64,000 nt of DNA from Candidatus Methanosuratincola verstraetei (GTDB lineage: Archaea; Thermoproteota; Methanomethylicia; Methanomethylicales; Methanomethylicaceae): positions 576,001 to 640,000 of the forward strand of contig CP186953.1 in assembly GCA_049570475.1 (NCBI GenBank), read 5' to 3'. The notes under the pieces are model-generated. The model did no database searches, was not told the origin of the DNA, and saw only the letters and a list, made by a program, of their open reading frames with translations. Shown piece after piece: positions 1 through 10,090 of the stretch. Positions within the stretch are counted from its first letter, which is position 1, and the number at the start of each line of letters is the position of its first letter. The position numbers and the translations under genes were made by a program.

Positions 1-442
1 ATTTGAACTTCTCATATCTCGCCCGCTCAGTCGAAAGTTTGCCCCTTATCACGATCTCGGCCCCGCGCGCACCAGCCTCCATAATCTGCCTGAGCGCGAT
101 AAAGGCAGCCCTCCTGAAGTGTATCCCCCTCTCGAGGGCTGAAGCAACCCTGCCTGCCATGATCCTGGCGTTCAGCTCGGGGTTCTGGACAGGGATTACT
201 GCAATCTGAGGGCTCTCGAGCTGGTACTTGGACTCGATGACCTGCGCGAGCTCGCGGATCGTTGCGCCCTGCCTGCCTATGACCATCCCTGGGCGCTCGG
301 CGTAGATCACAACGCGGTTGCCGAGCGGGGTTTTTTGGAATTCGACTCCCGCATAGCCGGCTCTCTTCAGCTCGTTCCTAAGGTAATTGTCTATGATCAT
401 ATTCTTAGAAAGTTTATTGATGAAAAATTTCATTACGCTCAA
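1..442 (-). CDS. rps3: 30S ribosomal protein S3 (5' part, runs off the window start)
   Basis: Manual translation from TTG at 442: MSVMKFFINKLSKNMIIDNYLRNELKRAGYAGVEFQKTPLGNRVVIYAERPGMVIGRQG, the S3 KH domain; follows L22. Not in the ORF track. Confidence 0.95.
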   Translation of the reverse strand, partial: MSVMKFFINKLSKNMIIDNYLRNELKRAGYAGVEFQKTPLGNRVVIYAERPGMVIGRQGATIRELAQVIESKYQLESPQIAVIPVQNPELNARIMAGRVASALERGIHFRRAAFIALRQIMEAGARGAEIVIRGKLSTERARYEKFK

Positions 443-444
443 AC

Positions 445-918
445 TCAGGCTTCCTCCTCGACAACAATCTCGACATGGGTAAGCGGGTGGTAGAACGGCG
501 TGGCCCGGCCGAATGCCCTTGGGATGTAATTCCTCATGCGCAGCCCAGCCTGGGCACAGGCATGCACTATCTTAAGGCGCTCGCTGTCAAGGCCCTTGTT
601 CTCCGCATTTGCCTTCGCGTTCTTGAGGATCTTGATGATCTCAGAAGACGCTTTAACAGGATACCTGCCCGAAGGGATACCCCACCTCGCTGCAATTTCG
701 GAGTGGTGAGGGACGTTCGAGTTGAACCTCCTGTACGGAACACCTTCCTTCTTCTGCACCACGCGCTCGAGATAGCTTATCGCATCGTCTAGGCGCATGT
801 TCTTGATGGTAGCACAGATCTCCCTGGCCTCCTTTGGCGAGATCCTGAGATCCCTGCCACTGGCTTTAGCCATCCGGTCAGGGTCAATTTCGACCATTGA
901 ATATCCCCATTCAGGCAT
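445..918 (-). CDS. rpl22: 50S ribosomal protein L22
   Basis: GRYPVKA and PRAFGRATP motifs; start set at MPEWGYS. Confidence 0.96.
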   Translation of the reverse strand: MPEWGYSMVEIDPDRMAKASGRDLRISPKEAREICATIKNMRLDDAISYLERVVQKKEGVPYRRFNSNVPHHSEIAARWGIPSGRYPVKASSEIIKILKNAKANAENKGLDSERLKIVHACAQAGLRMRNYIPRAFGRATPFYHPLTHVEIVVEEEA

Positions 919-976
919 CGGGAACACTTCCAACCTCTATCATAGTTCAGATTGCACAGTTTACAACTTGGGGGGG

Positions 977-992
977 CTATAAAAAGTTTTTC
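977..992 (-). promoter_or_regulatory. Internal BRE+TATA promoter for rpl22-rps3
   Basis: Minus strand GAAAAAC-TTTTTATAG ~60 nt upstream of rpl22, after a T-rich tract following the rps19 stop. Confidence 0.6.
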
Positions 993-1047
993 ACAAAAAA
1001 TGGAAGGGCGAATCCAAGCCCAACCGGAAAAGTGGCAAAATAAAAAA

Positions 1048-1449
1048 TTACTTGAGCGGGATGAACATCGAGCTCCTCGTGGCCTTCAGACCTGGAGCGC
1101 CGTGCGTGACCTTGGCTGTCGTTATGGCGAACTCGCCAAGATACTTGCCCACCATCTCAGGCAGTATCTCGACAGGGACGAACTCCTTGCCGTTGTGCAC
1201 AGATATGGTAAGCCCGATCATCTCAGGCAGTATTATCATGTCCCTGCAGTGGGTCCTGATCACCACTTTCTTGCCCTTCGAGGTCTTGGCCTTCCTTATC
1301 CGCTCGAACAAGGCCCTCTGCTCAGGGGTTAGACCCCTGAGAAGGGATCTCCGCTGCCTGCTGGGCAACAGCCTGATGAACTCATCCATAGGCATGCTCG
1401 CGAGCTGAGCGGCAGTGTATCCGCGGTAAGTGAATTCCCTATATGCCAT
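1048..1449 (-). CDS. rps19: 30S ribosomal protein S19
   Basis: [26 protein letters not shown]. Confidence 0.97.
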   Translation of the reverse strand: MAYREFTYRGYTAAQLASMPMDEFIRLLPSRQRRSLLRGLTPEQRALFERIRKAKTSKGKKVVIRTHCRDMIILPEMIGLTISVHNGKEFVPVEILPEMVGKYLGEFAITTAKVTHGAPGLKATRSSMFIPLK

Positions 1450-1477
1450 ATCTCTCCCTCCTCCATTTCACTCCATA

Positions 1478-2200
1478 TCACTTCTTTGTCCTGCCCGTGC
1501 GCCTTGAGGCGATGATCCCGACCTTCTGCCCTGGCGGTGCATTCCTCGCGACTGGCCTGCCTCCCTTCGGGTGTGCTCCGCCGCCGTGCGGATGCGCATA
1601 TGGGCTCATTGCCTTGCCCCTGACACGCGGGTACTTGACCGACCTGGCCCTGTACTTGTGGTAGTTCGCTCCGGCCTTCAGCACCGGCTTCTCTACGATC
1701 CCACCAGAGGCGACGATGCCGACGGTCGCGCGGCACTCCTGCGGGAAGGTCTTTATCCCGCCCGAGGGGAATTGGCACAGCACCCCTTCAGGGGTGTGCG
1801 AGACGACAGTTGCATAGCCCCCAGCAGACCTGACATACCTGCCTCCGTCGTTAAGCTTGCCCTCTATGTTGCAAACCATAGTACCCTCGGGCACGCTGCT
1901 CAGCGGCAGGACGTTACCCACGTTTACTGGGGCTTTTGAACCGAAGTAGATCTTTTGCCCGACAAAGCAACCCTCTGGTGCGATCATGAGCAAAGTCGCG
2001 CCAGACTGCGACTTGACGGACATCACTGGAGCGGCCCTGCCTGATTCGTGCATTATTTCCTGGACTGTGAACTCAACGCTCCCAGACTTTTCCTCCTCCG
2101 TGATCTGGGGGTACCCTACCTTGCCTAGCCTCCTCCACGAGGGGGATTTGAACACGGATCCCCCGCGACCTCTCCTCTGAAGAACTTGTCTCTTACCCAT
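1478..2200 (-). CDS. rpl2: 50S ribosomal protein L2
   Basis: QRRGRG, RVRGKAM, HPHGGG, PPGQKVG. Confidence 0.97.
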   Translation of the reverse strand: MGKRQVLQRRGRGGSVFKSPSWRRLGKVGYPQITEEEKSGSVEFTVQEIMHESGRAAPVMSVKSQSGATLLMIAPEGCFVGQKIYFGSKAPVNVGNVLPLSSVPEGTMVCNIEGKLNDGGRYVRSAGGYATVVSHTPEGVLCQFPSGGIKTFPQECRATVGIVASGGIVEKPVLKAGANYHKYRARSVKYPRVRGKAMSPYAHPHGGGAHPKGGRPVARNAPPGQKVGIIASRRTGRTKK

Positions 2201-2209
2201 TTAAAACAC

Positions 2210-2476
2210 CTACAGCAGACCCAATTTTGTGGCCAACTCGGATGCGCTGAATTCCTTCTCTAGGGCCACGACAGCCTTCTTTTCCGATCTCGTAGTTATC
2301 ATAGTCCTCACGGACTTGACCTTTACGCCATACAGCTTCTCCACTGCCCACTTTATGTCCGCTTTGTTTGATCTCATGGAAACAATGAAGGTAAGCTTGT
2401 TCTCGCGCTCCATCCTCTCTAACGCGGACTCTGATGAAACAGGCCCGATGATTACGTCAGCAGGTTCCTTCGACAT
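2210..2476 (-). CDS. rpl23: 50S ribosomal protein L23
   Basis: ENKLTFIV, NKADIKWAVEKLYGVKV; SD GAGGTG before ATG 2476. Confidence 0.95.
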   Translation of the reverse strand: MSKEPADVIIGPVSSESALERMERENKLTFIVSMRSNKADIKWAVEKLYGVKVKSVRTMITTRSEKKAVVALEKEFSASELATKLGLL

Positions 2477-2486
2477 TTCTTGCACC

Positions 2487-3293
2487 TCATTGGTAAATCT
2501 CATTCAGCCTCTTTATTGCGGACTCGGTCCAGACCGTGAGCCTCCCCGGGTGCCCGCCTGGTGCCAGGCGCTCGACATTGAGCTCGGTGACACCCACGCA
2601 CTCCACCCCTGTGAAGTTCCTTGAAGCGAGCCTTATTGGGGAATCGGGGTCGTCTACGACGATCAGCAGGGACTTTGGCTTAATCCATCTCCTGCCGCGG
2701 CGCTTGCCCTTCCCGGACCTCTCCCTTACCCCCTCCTTTGCCCTCAACACGTCGTGGATTAGGGAAGCCCTCTCGAGGAAGCCGCGAAGCTCCGATGCCT
2801 TCTTCAGGTCCTTTATCTCGTCTGAAACGACCACGGGGAGGGAGATGTCGGTAGTAATTATGTGCCCCCTCTCGATCACGGCCTCAGGATCAGAGGTGGC
2901 TGCAATTGCAGACATAAGCGCAAGCCTGCGCTCCTTCTCGTTTATCCGCTCATGGTACTTCTTTTCAAGGCTCGGAGGGAACGCAAGGCGACCCCCGACA
3001 ACATTGGGGACGAAGGCGCCTGCCCCTGAGGCAGGGTTGTGTTCGCCCTTGACCCTTGGGACGCGCGCCAAGTCCAGCCCGACTCCAAGGCTCTCAGCGC
3101 TGGTGCGCTTGCCCGCATCGTAGTCGGTGGTCCTGGGGACTATCCTAGCTGTCTGGCTCGAGATCACCGCGCGACGGATGAGGTCGGGCCTCAGGTCAGT
3201 CTCGAAGACCTCCGGGAGCTCAATCTCCCCCTTGACCGACCCGTCTATGCCTATTACCTTTGCTACTCTCTTCGTGGTTACTTCTGATGACAT
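2487..3293 (-). CDS. rpl4: 50S ribosomal protein L4
   Basis: RPDLIRRAV, TSAES, LAPGGHPGRLTVWT. Confidence 0.97.
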   Translation of the reverse strand: MSSEVTTKRVAKVIGIDGSVKGEIELPEVFETDLRPDLIRRAVISSQTARIVPRTTDYDAGKRTSAESLGVGLDLARVPRVKGEHNPASGAGAFVPNVVGGRLAFPPSLEKKYHERINEKERRLALMSAIAATSDPEAVIERGHIITTDISLPVVVSDEIKDLKKASELRGFLERASLIHDVLRAKEGVRERSGKGKRRGRRWIKPKSLLIVVDDPDSPIRLASRNFTGVECVGVTELNVERLAPGGHPGRLTVWTESAIKRLNEIYQ

Positions 3294-3296
3294 TCA

Positions 3297-4307
3297 TCAT
3301 ACCCCCTGCTTCGAAGCCAGATCCACCGCGACGAGCTTCGGAGGCTCGATCTTCTCGACCTTAGACCTGACAGGATACCTGATCCTGACGAGCCTCTTTG
3401 ACGGGCCTGGGATTGAACCCGCCACAAGGATGTAGTCGGCGCTAACCAAACCGTAGTGCAAGAAACCTCCGGAGACATTGATCTCGGCAGGGTTCTCACC
3501 GATCTTCAGGATGAGCTTGTTGTACTCGGTACGCTGGTGGAATCCCATCTTGCCAGGTCTCGGAATAGTGAACATCATGTGCGGCTTTGAAGGGCTTATT
3601 GACCCGACAACCCGCTTTCCTTTCCGGTGCTTGTGCCAGTTCGGCTGTATCTTGACGCCGAAGCGCTTCACAGCGCCCTGGAAGCCCTTACCCTTTGTGA
3701 TTGAGATCACGTCGACGTATTGACCCTCATTGAAGAGGTCCTTCGCCCGGATCTCCTTGCCAAGCAGAGATTTCGCGTACTCCAGCACTGCCTTTATGTC
3801 GTCTCCATCGACCTTTATCTCAAGTATCTCGGGCGTCTTCTTTCCGAATCCAGCCTTGTATGGCTGGGTCAGCGCCAACACCCGGATCTCTGCGACATTG
3901 TCCAGGTTAGCCTCTATCGAAGCCTGCACTGGGGACGGATCATATTCCTCGGAGATGTTCAGAACCCTGTCTGCATTCTTGGGGAGCGACTTTGCCATGA
4001 CCTCTGCAAGAGCCCTAAGACCCTTGCTTGTGCGAACGTACGCCCTGTATCCGTAAACGTAAATCGGGGGGACTTCGAGCACAGTCACCGCCCGCATTAC
4101 CTCCTTCCCGAAGAGCGGGCTCTTCGGCCTGTTGTCGACCATTATGACGTGGGTTGATCCTACTTTGTAACCGGCAAAGCCAAGGAGACGGGGAGCGCCT
4201 GCGACCTTGGGCCAAGTCCTTATCCTGCCAGAAATGCGTCTAGCGCGCACTCTGGGGTAGTACATCAACGAGCCCCTGCGCGGCGCACTCTTACTTCGAT
4301 GTCCCAT
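3297..4307 (-). CDS. rpl3: 50S ribosomal protein L3
   Basis: PRRGSL, GYKVG, TKGKGFQG, GFHQRTEYNK. Confidence 0.97.
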   Translation of the reverse strand: MGHRSKSAPRRGSLMYYPRVRARRISGRIRTWPKVAGAPRLLGFAGYKVGSTHVIMVDNRPKSPLFGKEVMRAVTVLEVPPIYVYGYRAYVRTSKGLRALAEVMAKSLPKNADRVLNISEEYDPSPVQASIEANLDNVAEIRVLALTQPYKAGFGKKTPEILEIKVDGDDIKAVLEYAKSLLGKEIRAKDLFNEGQYVDVISITKGKGFQGAVKRFGVKIQPNWHKHRKGKRVVGSISPSKPHMMFTIPRPGKMGFHQRTEYNKLILKIGENPAEINVSGGFLHYGLVSADYILVAGSIPGPSKRLVRIRYPVRSKVEKIEPPKLVAVDLASKQGV

Positions 4308-4428
4308 GAATAGACCTCCAGCCTAAACTTGCCTGTTGATAGCAGTAATACTAAAATATATTTCTATCCGTCGCCGGGCTGTAAACGTGATTGCGAAGTT
4401 TCATGGGGCATGCGGGGCAACGCAGGGA

Positions 4429-5298
4429 TCAAAGGTTATCAGGCTTGTCCTTGCTTTCTGTGGGCCCGGCTGATCCGCCTATGAAGTCGATCAGGGCAAG
4501 AGCGATCATTATGGCCTCCTCGGTTCTTATAGTCGCAGTGCCCTGGTCCGGGGCGAGGTTTATGGTCATGTCTACCAAGTCCTCCAGAGATGCTCCCTCC
4601 CTCGCGAGTATCTCGTGCAGGCCCTCCCTAGGCGAACCAAAGATCAGCGAGATGCTGCGTCGATCTGAAAAGGCGCGCGAAATTCGCCCTGCCACTTGCG
4701 AGACTGGAGTGCCCAGCCTCGAGGTTGCGATGATCACCCCAGAATGGCGTTCAGACAGTATCTCGCGCAGCGGCCTCTGTTCGATTTGCACCGCGTAACC
4801 CCAGTACAGCGGCACCGAGTCCCTAGGCACTGGCACCCAAGCACCCTCTTCTCGGCGCATGGTGACCCTCGAGTTCCTGGGCATGGGGATCCTGCACCTG
4901 ACTGGCTCCCTGAGTCCGATGTCTATCAGGGATCCCTTCGCCCCGGATTCGAGGACGATCCCCTCCCTGTAATCGACATCAGACGATTCAAGGGGGTGGT
5001 GCGGGGTCCTCAACGGGGGGATTAGTCCGGCGAAACGGAGTTGCGGCGAGATGGGGAACAAGATCTTCCTGAGGTACTGCGGGGTCTCGGCATAAGAGAG
5101 CAGCGAGTGTATAAGCCTGGCGTCCTGCCTCCATTTGGACCCGTCCGGGTATATGACCAGCTTCTCGACCCTGAATATGGATGCAGCCCGGGCTATCTGA
5201 CCGACCTTGAAGGTCTTCTCGGAAAGGCTGGGCACATCAGAGAGGATTGATGAAGGGAAAAATACTGTGATGGGGTTGATCCTTCGTTCCATACCCAT
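4429..5298 (-). CDS. SPOUT-class RNA methyltransferase (DUF171/C9orf114 family)
   Basis: IARAASIFRV, YAETPQYLRK, PPLRTPHH, FGSPREGL, QGTATIRTEEA; typical location upstream of archaeal rpl3. Confidence 0.88.
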   Translation of the reverse strand: MGMERRINPITVFFPSSILSDVPSLSEKTFKVGQIARAASIFRVEKLVIYPDGSKWRQDARLIHSLLSYAETPQYLRKILFPISPQLRFAGLIPPLRTPHHPLESSDVDYREGIVLESGAKGSLIDIGLREPVRCRIPMPRNSRVTMRREEGAWVPVPRDSVPLYWGYAVQIEQRPLREILSERHSGVIIATSRLGTPVSQVAGRISRAFSDRRSISLIFGSPREGLHEILAREGASLEDLVDMTINLAPDQGTATIRTEEAIMIALALIDFIGGSAGPTESKDKPDNL

Positions 5299-5351
5299 TC
5301 CTCAGATGGAATTTAGGGCCAGGCAGCGCGGGGAGGGCGGTGAAATCTGCC

Positions 5352-5426
5352 CTATTGCTGCTTCTTCTCCTTGCTCTTCTCTTCCTTTACCTGGCTCAGG
5401 ATTGTAGTCCTCTGTCTGCCTCCCAT
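5352..5426 (-). CDS. Putative 24-aa basic microprotein MGGRQRTTILSQVKEEKSKEKKQQ
   Basis: ATG preceded by GAGGTG (5432-5437) at 5 nt spacing; TATA-like TTTATAG at about 5464-5470; TAG stop. Confidence 0.5.
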   Translation of the reverse strand: MGGRQRTTILSQVKEEKSKEKKQQ

Positions 5427-5583
5427 AATGACACCTCAAGGAAAGACTAAACCCCAGCAGACACTATAAAGTTTATCTCTATGCAGGAATAGAATATCAC
5501 GGCCGATGATGATTTTGCCGAGTTCGCAGAGCGAAAGCGATGCAGAAAAAAAGACAGCAGAGGCCAAAAACAGGGTGGGTTTG

Positions 5584-5946
5584 ATGGAGATAAGCGCAAA
5601 GGACCTTGAAGGGCTCATCAAATATGCCAAAACCCAGTGCGAATCAAAGTGCCCGCAGGAGAGAGACGCGGAGACCTGCGTGAGGCTGATTGAGCTATGC
5701 GTTGAGATGGATCTTGAGCCCCCTATCTGCTACGAGGAGACTGAGGGGTTCTCGAGGAAGTTCTTCTCAGCCAAGATCAGGGAGATCGAGAAGAGGCGGT
5801 GCAAGCCGATCGAGGAGCTGCTTTCCGAGATAAGGAGCGGCGGCCCTAAAACCCTAGAGGATGAGATAGACAGGATAGACGGGGAATTTGCGATCGAGGC
5901 TTTGAGGGCCATAGACGCCCGTGAGAAGCCGAAGAAGCGCACCTGA
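5584..5946 (+). CDS. Hypothetical Cys-rich protein
   Basis: Clean ORF with SD-like GGGTGG, co-oriented upstream of valS. Confidence 0.7.
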   Translation: MEISAKDLEGLIKYAKTQCESKCPQERDAETCVRLIELCVEMDLEPPICYEETEGFSRKFFSAKIREIEKRRCKPIEELLSEIRSGGPKTLEDEIDRIDGEFAIEALRAIDAREKPKKRT

Positions 5947-6026
5947 GACGGCATTCTCCCCTGCATAATTTTTTAGGGAGGGGGAAAGTGAGATCAAGTA
6001 TCATTTGTGAATTCGGAGGAAATGCC

Positions 6027-8459
6027 TTGTCGCCTGCTAAGGACGGTACCAGTAAGATGGAGAAGGTTTATTCTCCGCGGTCGGTGGAGGAGAAGTGGCA
6101 GAAGGCCTGGATGACCGAGGAGTTTTATCAGGTTTACAAGTTCAAGAATGACGGTAGGCCCGTGTTCACCATAGACACGCCGCCCCCGTTCACTTCGGGC
6201 GAGCTCCACATGGGGCACGCATACTGGAATGTGATAAACGATACGGTTGCCAGGTACAAGAGGATGACTGGTTACGACGTGATACTCCCCCAAGGGTGGG
6301 ACTGCCAAGGGCTGCCCACTGAGCTAAAGGTCCAGTACAGGTGGAAGGTCTCCAGGGAGGACAGGGCCCTCTTCCGGAAGAAGTGCGAGGAATGGACCGC
6401 CAGCATGATCGACAGCATGAAGCGGACCATGATTAGGCTCGGTTACCGCCCGGACTGGGAGCAGTTCGAGTACAGGACGATGGACAAGAGCTACTGGAAG
6501 GCGGTGCAGGAGTCGCTTATCCAGATGCACGAGAAGGGTCTGATTTACAGGAAGGAGTTCCCGGTCCACTGGTGCAGCAAGTGCGGCACTGCGCTCGCGC
6601 AGGCGGAATTGGGGTACATCCAGAAGAAGGGCAAGCTCTACTACCTGAGGTTCAGGGCAGGCGACCGCGACCTTGAGGTCGCTACAACGAGACCCGAGCT
6701 TTTGAATGCCTGCCAGGCGCTTGCGGTCAACCCTGAGGACAGCCGCTACTCATGGGCAGTTGGGAAGGAAGCCAAGGTACCAATTTTCGGCCAGAGGATC
6801 AAGGTCCTTGCAGACAGCTCGGTTGACATGGAATTCGGAACCGGCGTGGTCATGATCTGCACTTATGGAGACGAGCAGGACATCAAGTGGCAACAGATCT
6901 ACAAGCTCCCGGTCACGCGATCCGTCGACGAGTACGGGAGGATGATCAATGCCGGGAAGTACAACGGGATGAAGGTCTCGGATGCGAGGGAGGAGATTGC
7001 CAGGGACCTCGAGGCCGAAGGGAGCCTGATCCGGAGCGAGGAGTTCATGCACAACGTCCTGGCCCATACTGAGAGGGCAGACTGCATGACTCCGATAGAG
7101 TTCTTGACGAAGGACCAGTGGTTCATAAAGTCGATGGATTTCAAGGAGTTGGTCCTCAAGGAAGCGGAGAGGATGGAGTGGATCCCGGAGTTCGTCCACA
7201 GCAGGCTGGTCGACTGGGTCAACAGCATTGAGTGGGACTGGCTCATATCGAGGCAGAGGGTCTTCGGTACCCCGATACCTTTCTGGTTCTGCTCGGACTG
7301 CAACCAGATCATAGCGCCCAGGAGGGAAGACCTCCCGGTCGACACCAGCTCCACCCCGCCACCCGTGGAAAGGTGCCCCAAGTGCGGAGGCAGCAGGATC
7401 ACAGGCACTTCAGATGTCTGCGACTGCTGGGTCGACTCGAGCATTACCCCACTGATCGTCACCGGATACTTCAGGGACAGGGGGCTGTTCAAGAGGGCCT
7501 ACCCCGCAGACCTGAGGCAACAGGGGCACGACATCGTAAGGACCTGGATGTACTACACGATCCTCCGATGTGCATTGCTGACTGGCACAGGGCCATTCAA
7601 GGGGGCACTGGTGAATGGGCACATACTCGGGCCCGACGGGACCAGGATGTCGAAGTCGAAGGGCAACGTCATCATACCAGAGCAGGGGATAAACCAATTC
7701 GGGGCGGATGCGATAAGGCAGGCACTCTTCTCACTCACGATTGGATCGGACTTCCCGTTCAAGTGGGAGCCGGTCAAGTATGGCAAGTCGTTCCTGCAGA
7801 AGCTATGGTCATCCGCAAGGTTTGCGGAGGGATTCTTCAGCAAGAGGGTAGCCGAGATCAATCCAAAGGCTATGGACGAGACGGACAAGTGGATCGTCTC
7901 AAGGTTGAGGGAGGCAATCTGCAAGGCGAGGGAAGCGATGGAGAAGTACCAGTTCCACATCGCGGTGGACGTGCTCCAGAAGTTCTACTGGCACGACTTC
8001 TGCGACCAGTACATAGAGGCGGTCAAGCCAAGGCTCTACAGCCCGAGGGATGCTCAAGACAAGGAAGCCGCAGTCTCCGTGCTCTACATGGTGATTTGGA
8101 ATTTCATCAGGCTCCTTGCCCCGATCTGCCCGCACATCACCGAGGAGATCTACCAGAGCCTATTCCGCGAGCAGATGGGTTTAGTCTCAGTCCACTCGGC
8201 GCCGTACCCCAATCCAGAGAACCTGCCTAAGGTCGACGGCACGAGGGGCGAGAAGCTGGTATCAATGATCGCGCTGCTGAGGAGCAAGAAGGTGGAAAAC
8301 AAGCTTGCCCTATCAGCAGAGGTCAGGGGAGTAGTAGTCCATGGGAATTCGGAGGAGCTGAAGGTCTACAAAGAGAACGAGTGGCTGATAAGGCAGGTCC
8401 TGCACATCAATAGCCTCGAGTACAAGATAGGCGAGAAGGACGCAGAGTTGATCAAGTAG
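6027..8459 (+). CDS. valS: Valine--tRNA ligase
   Basis: DTPPP, HMGH, GWDCQGLP, DWLISRQR, RMSKS; GGAGG 7 nt before TTG 6027. Confidence 0.96.
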   Translation: MSPAKDGTSKMEKVYSPRSVEEKWQKAWMTEEFYQVYKFKNDGRPVFTIDTPPPFTSGELHMGHAYWNVINDTVARYKRMTGYDVILPQGWDCQGLPTELKVQYRWKVSREDRALFRKKCEEWTASMIDSMKRTMIRLGYRPDWEQFEYRTMDKSYWKAVQESLIQMHEKGLIYRKEFPVHWCSKCGTALAQAELGYIQKKGKLYYLRFRAGDRDLEVATTRPELLNACQALAVNPEDSRYSWAVGKEAKVPIFGQRIKVLADSSVDMEFGTGVVMICTYGDEQDIKWQQIYKLPVTRSVDEYGRMINAGKYNGMKVSDAREEIARDLEAEGSLIRSEEFMHNVLAHTERADCMTPIEFLTKDQWFIKSMDFKELVLKEAERMEWIPEFVHSRLVDWVNSIEWDWLISRQRVFGTPIPFWFCSDCNQIIAPRREDLPVDTSSTPPPVERCPKCGGSRITGTSDVCDCWVDSSITPLIVTGYFRDRGLFKRAYPADLRQQGHDIVRTWMYYTILRCALLTGTGPFKGALVNGHILGPDGTRMSKSKGNVIIPEQGINQFGADAIRQALFSLTIGSDFPFKWEPVKYGKSFLQKLWSSARFAEGFFSKRVAEINPKAMDETDKWIVSRLREAICKAREAMEKYQFHIAVDVLQKFYWHDFCDQYIEAVKPRLYSPRDAQDKEAAVSVLYMVIWNFIRLLAPICPHITEEIYQSLFREQMGLVSVHSAPYPNPENLPKVDGTRGEKLVSMIALLRSKKVENKLALSAEVRGVVVHGNSEELKVYKENEWLIRQVLHINSLEYKIGEKDAELIK

Positions 8460-9131
8460 ATGTGGAGGAGGCTCGCTTCGCTGCCCTTCAGGGGGACCAG
8501 CGAGAAGCTCAGGGAGCACCAGTCGCTTGTCCTCAAGTCTGTCGAGCTACTGGGAGAGCTGGTTTCGGCGTGCAGGATGGGGGACTGGGCTCAAGTCAGG
8601 TCTACGGCAGAGAGGATAGCCGCGCTCGAGAGGGAGGCAGACGAGGTGAAGAGGGGTATCGAGATAAACCTCTACAAGGGGACGCTCTTCGTCGGCCTGA
8701 AGGAGGACTTCTTGAGGCTTGCAGAGGCGCTGGACGCGATATCAGACAGGGCAAAGGACGCGTCCAGGATCATCTCTTCAAGGGAGCCCCGGCAGGGCGA
8801 GCTGCAGGCGTTTTTCCAGGACTGCCCAAATGTTGAGAGGCTGATCGCAGGCACGATCGAGATAGTGAGGGACCTCGAGGGCGCGGTCGGGCTCTTGGAC
8901 AAGGACTCAAAGGAGGCTATCGCCGCAGCGCACAGGGTTGAGAAGACTGAGGAGAGGCTGGACGAGATAAAACTGGACGTCCTGATGCAGCTATCAAGGC
9001 ACGAGTCCGAGTTCTCGACGCTCACCTACCTCCAGCTTAGGGATTTCATACTGATGGTGGACGCGATTGCCGACGCAGCTGAGGATGGGTCGGACGTGCT
9101 GACCGCGATGATCCTCAAGGCTACATTCTGA
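8460..9131 (+). CDS. DUF47/PhoU-like phosphate transport accessory protein
   Basis: LEREADEVKR and IADAAED helical repeats; adjacent to a PiT gene. Confidence 0.88.
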   Translation: MWRRLASLPFRGTSEKLREHQSLVLKSVELLGELVSACRMGDWAQVRSTAERIAALEREADEVKRGIEINLYKGTLFVGLKEDFLRLAEALDAISDRAKDASRIISSREPRQGELQAFFQDCPNVERLIAGTIEIVRDLEGAVGLLDKDSKEAIAAAHRVEKTEERLDEIKLDVLMQLSRHESEFSTLTYLQLRDFILMVDAIADAAEDGSDVLTAMILKATF

Positions 9132-9141
9132 GGCGTTTTGA

Positions 9142-10080
9142 TTGGATCCCCAGCTGATAACTCTCGTGGCCCTCGCGACGCTGACTTCAGGGATGGTTGG
9201 GGCCAACAATGCAAGCAATGCCACAGCCACCATCACGGGGGCGAAGGTGACGACGCACAGCAGGGTCGCGATCATATTCGCCACAGGGCTTCTGATGGGC
9301 GCGATGCTTGAAGGCGGCAAGATGTCAGGGGCAGTGTTCGGGAGGGCGCTGGAAGGGGGGATCGGGAACTGGTCCGTTAGCGTCGTGCTTGGGATCACAT
9401 TGGGGATGATAATAATAGCCACGGGCATGGGGCTGCCCCTTCCGGTTACGCAGGCGCTGTATGGGGCAGCGATAGGGAGCGGCATATTCTTGGGCGTCCC
9501 CCTGAACGTCGCAGGGATAATGTCGGTCCTGATCTCGTGGTTCTTGACGCCAATCGCGGCCGCAGGGGCTTCGTTCGCAATATCGAGGCTGGGGAGGAAG
9601 GCCCAGGCTAAGGATGTAAGGACGGGGACTGTGATCTATGGAGTTTTGACCCTTGCGACTGGGTTTTACACCGCCTACGTCCTTGGCGCAAACACAATAG
9701 GGCTTCTTTCAGGAATGATGAAGGGGGGGATCGGATGGGAAGCGGCGCTTGCCCTTGCGGCAGCCTCATCGGCCATCGGCGGGATCATCTTCGGGAGGAG
9801 GGTCTCCACCACAGTCGGGGAGAGGATCGCAACCATGGGGCCCCAGACGGCCTTCGCGTGCCAGCTCGGCGGGGCGATCACGGTGCACCTCTTCACGCAA
9901 GGCGGGATCCCAGTCTCTATCAGCCACGCGGTTATAGGGGGGGTTGCAGGCGGCGCGCTTTCCAAAGGGTCCAAGGCGCTTAACGCAGCGTCATGGGCGA
10001 GGCTGGTCGCGCTTTGGTTCCTGACCCCAGCAATCACCTTGGCGCTGGCATGGCTGATACATGCAAGCGCTGCTGCCTGA
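9142..10080 (+). CDS. PiT-family inorganic phosphate transporter
   Basis: Two GAN(N/T) signatures, GIPVSISH, many TM segments. Confidence 0.88.
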   Translation: MDPQLITLVALATLTSGMVGANNASNATATITGAKVTTHSRVAIIFATGLLMGAMLEGGKMSGAVFGRALEGGIGNWSVSVVLGITLGMIIIATGMGLPLPVTQALYGAAIGSGIFLGVPLNVAGIMSVLISWFLTPIAAAGASFAISRLGRKAQAKDVRTGTVIYGVLTLATGFYTAYVLGANTIGLLSGMMKGGIGWEAALALAAASSAIGGIIFGRRVSTTVGERIATMGPQTAFACQLGGAITVHLFTQGGIPVSISHAVIGGVAGGALSKGSKALNAASWARLVALWFLTPAITLALAWLIHASAAA

Positions 10081-10090
10081 CAGGAGAAGA

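Noticed and set aside
5313-5354. Pyrrolysine readthrough of the microprotein TAG
   Set aside because: The extension GRFHRPPRAAWP* is short and unlike the upstream peptide; no pyl genes in the window
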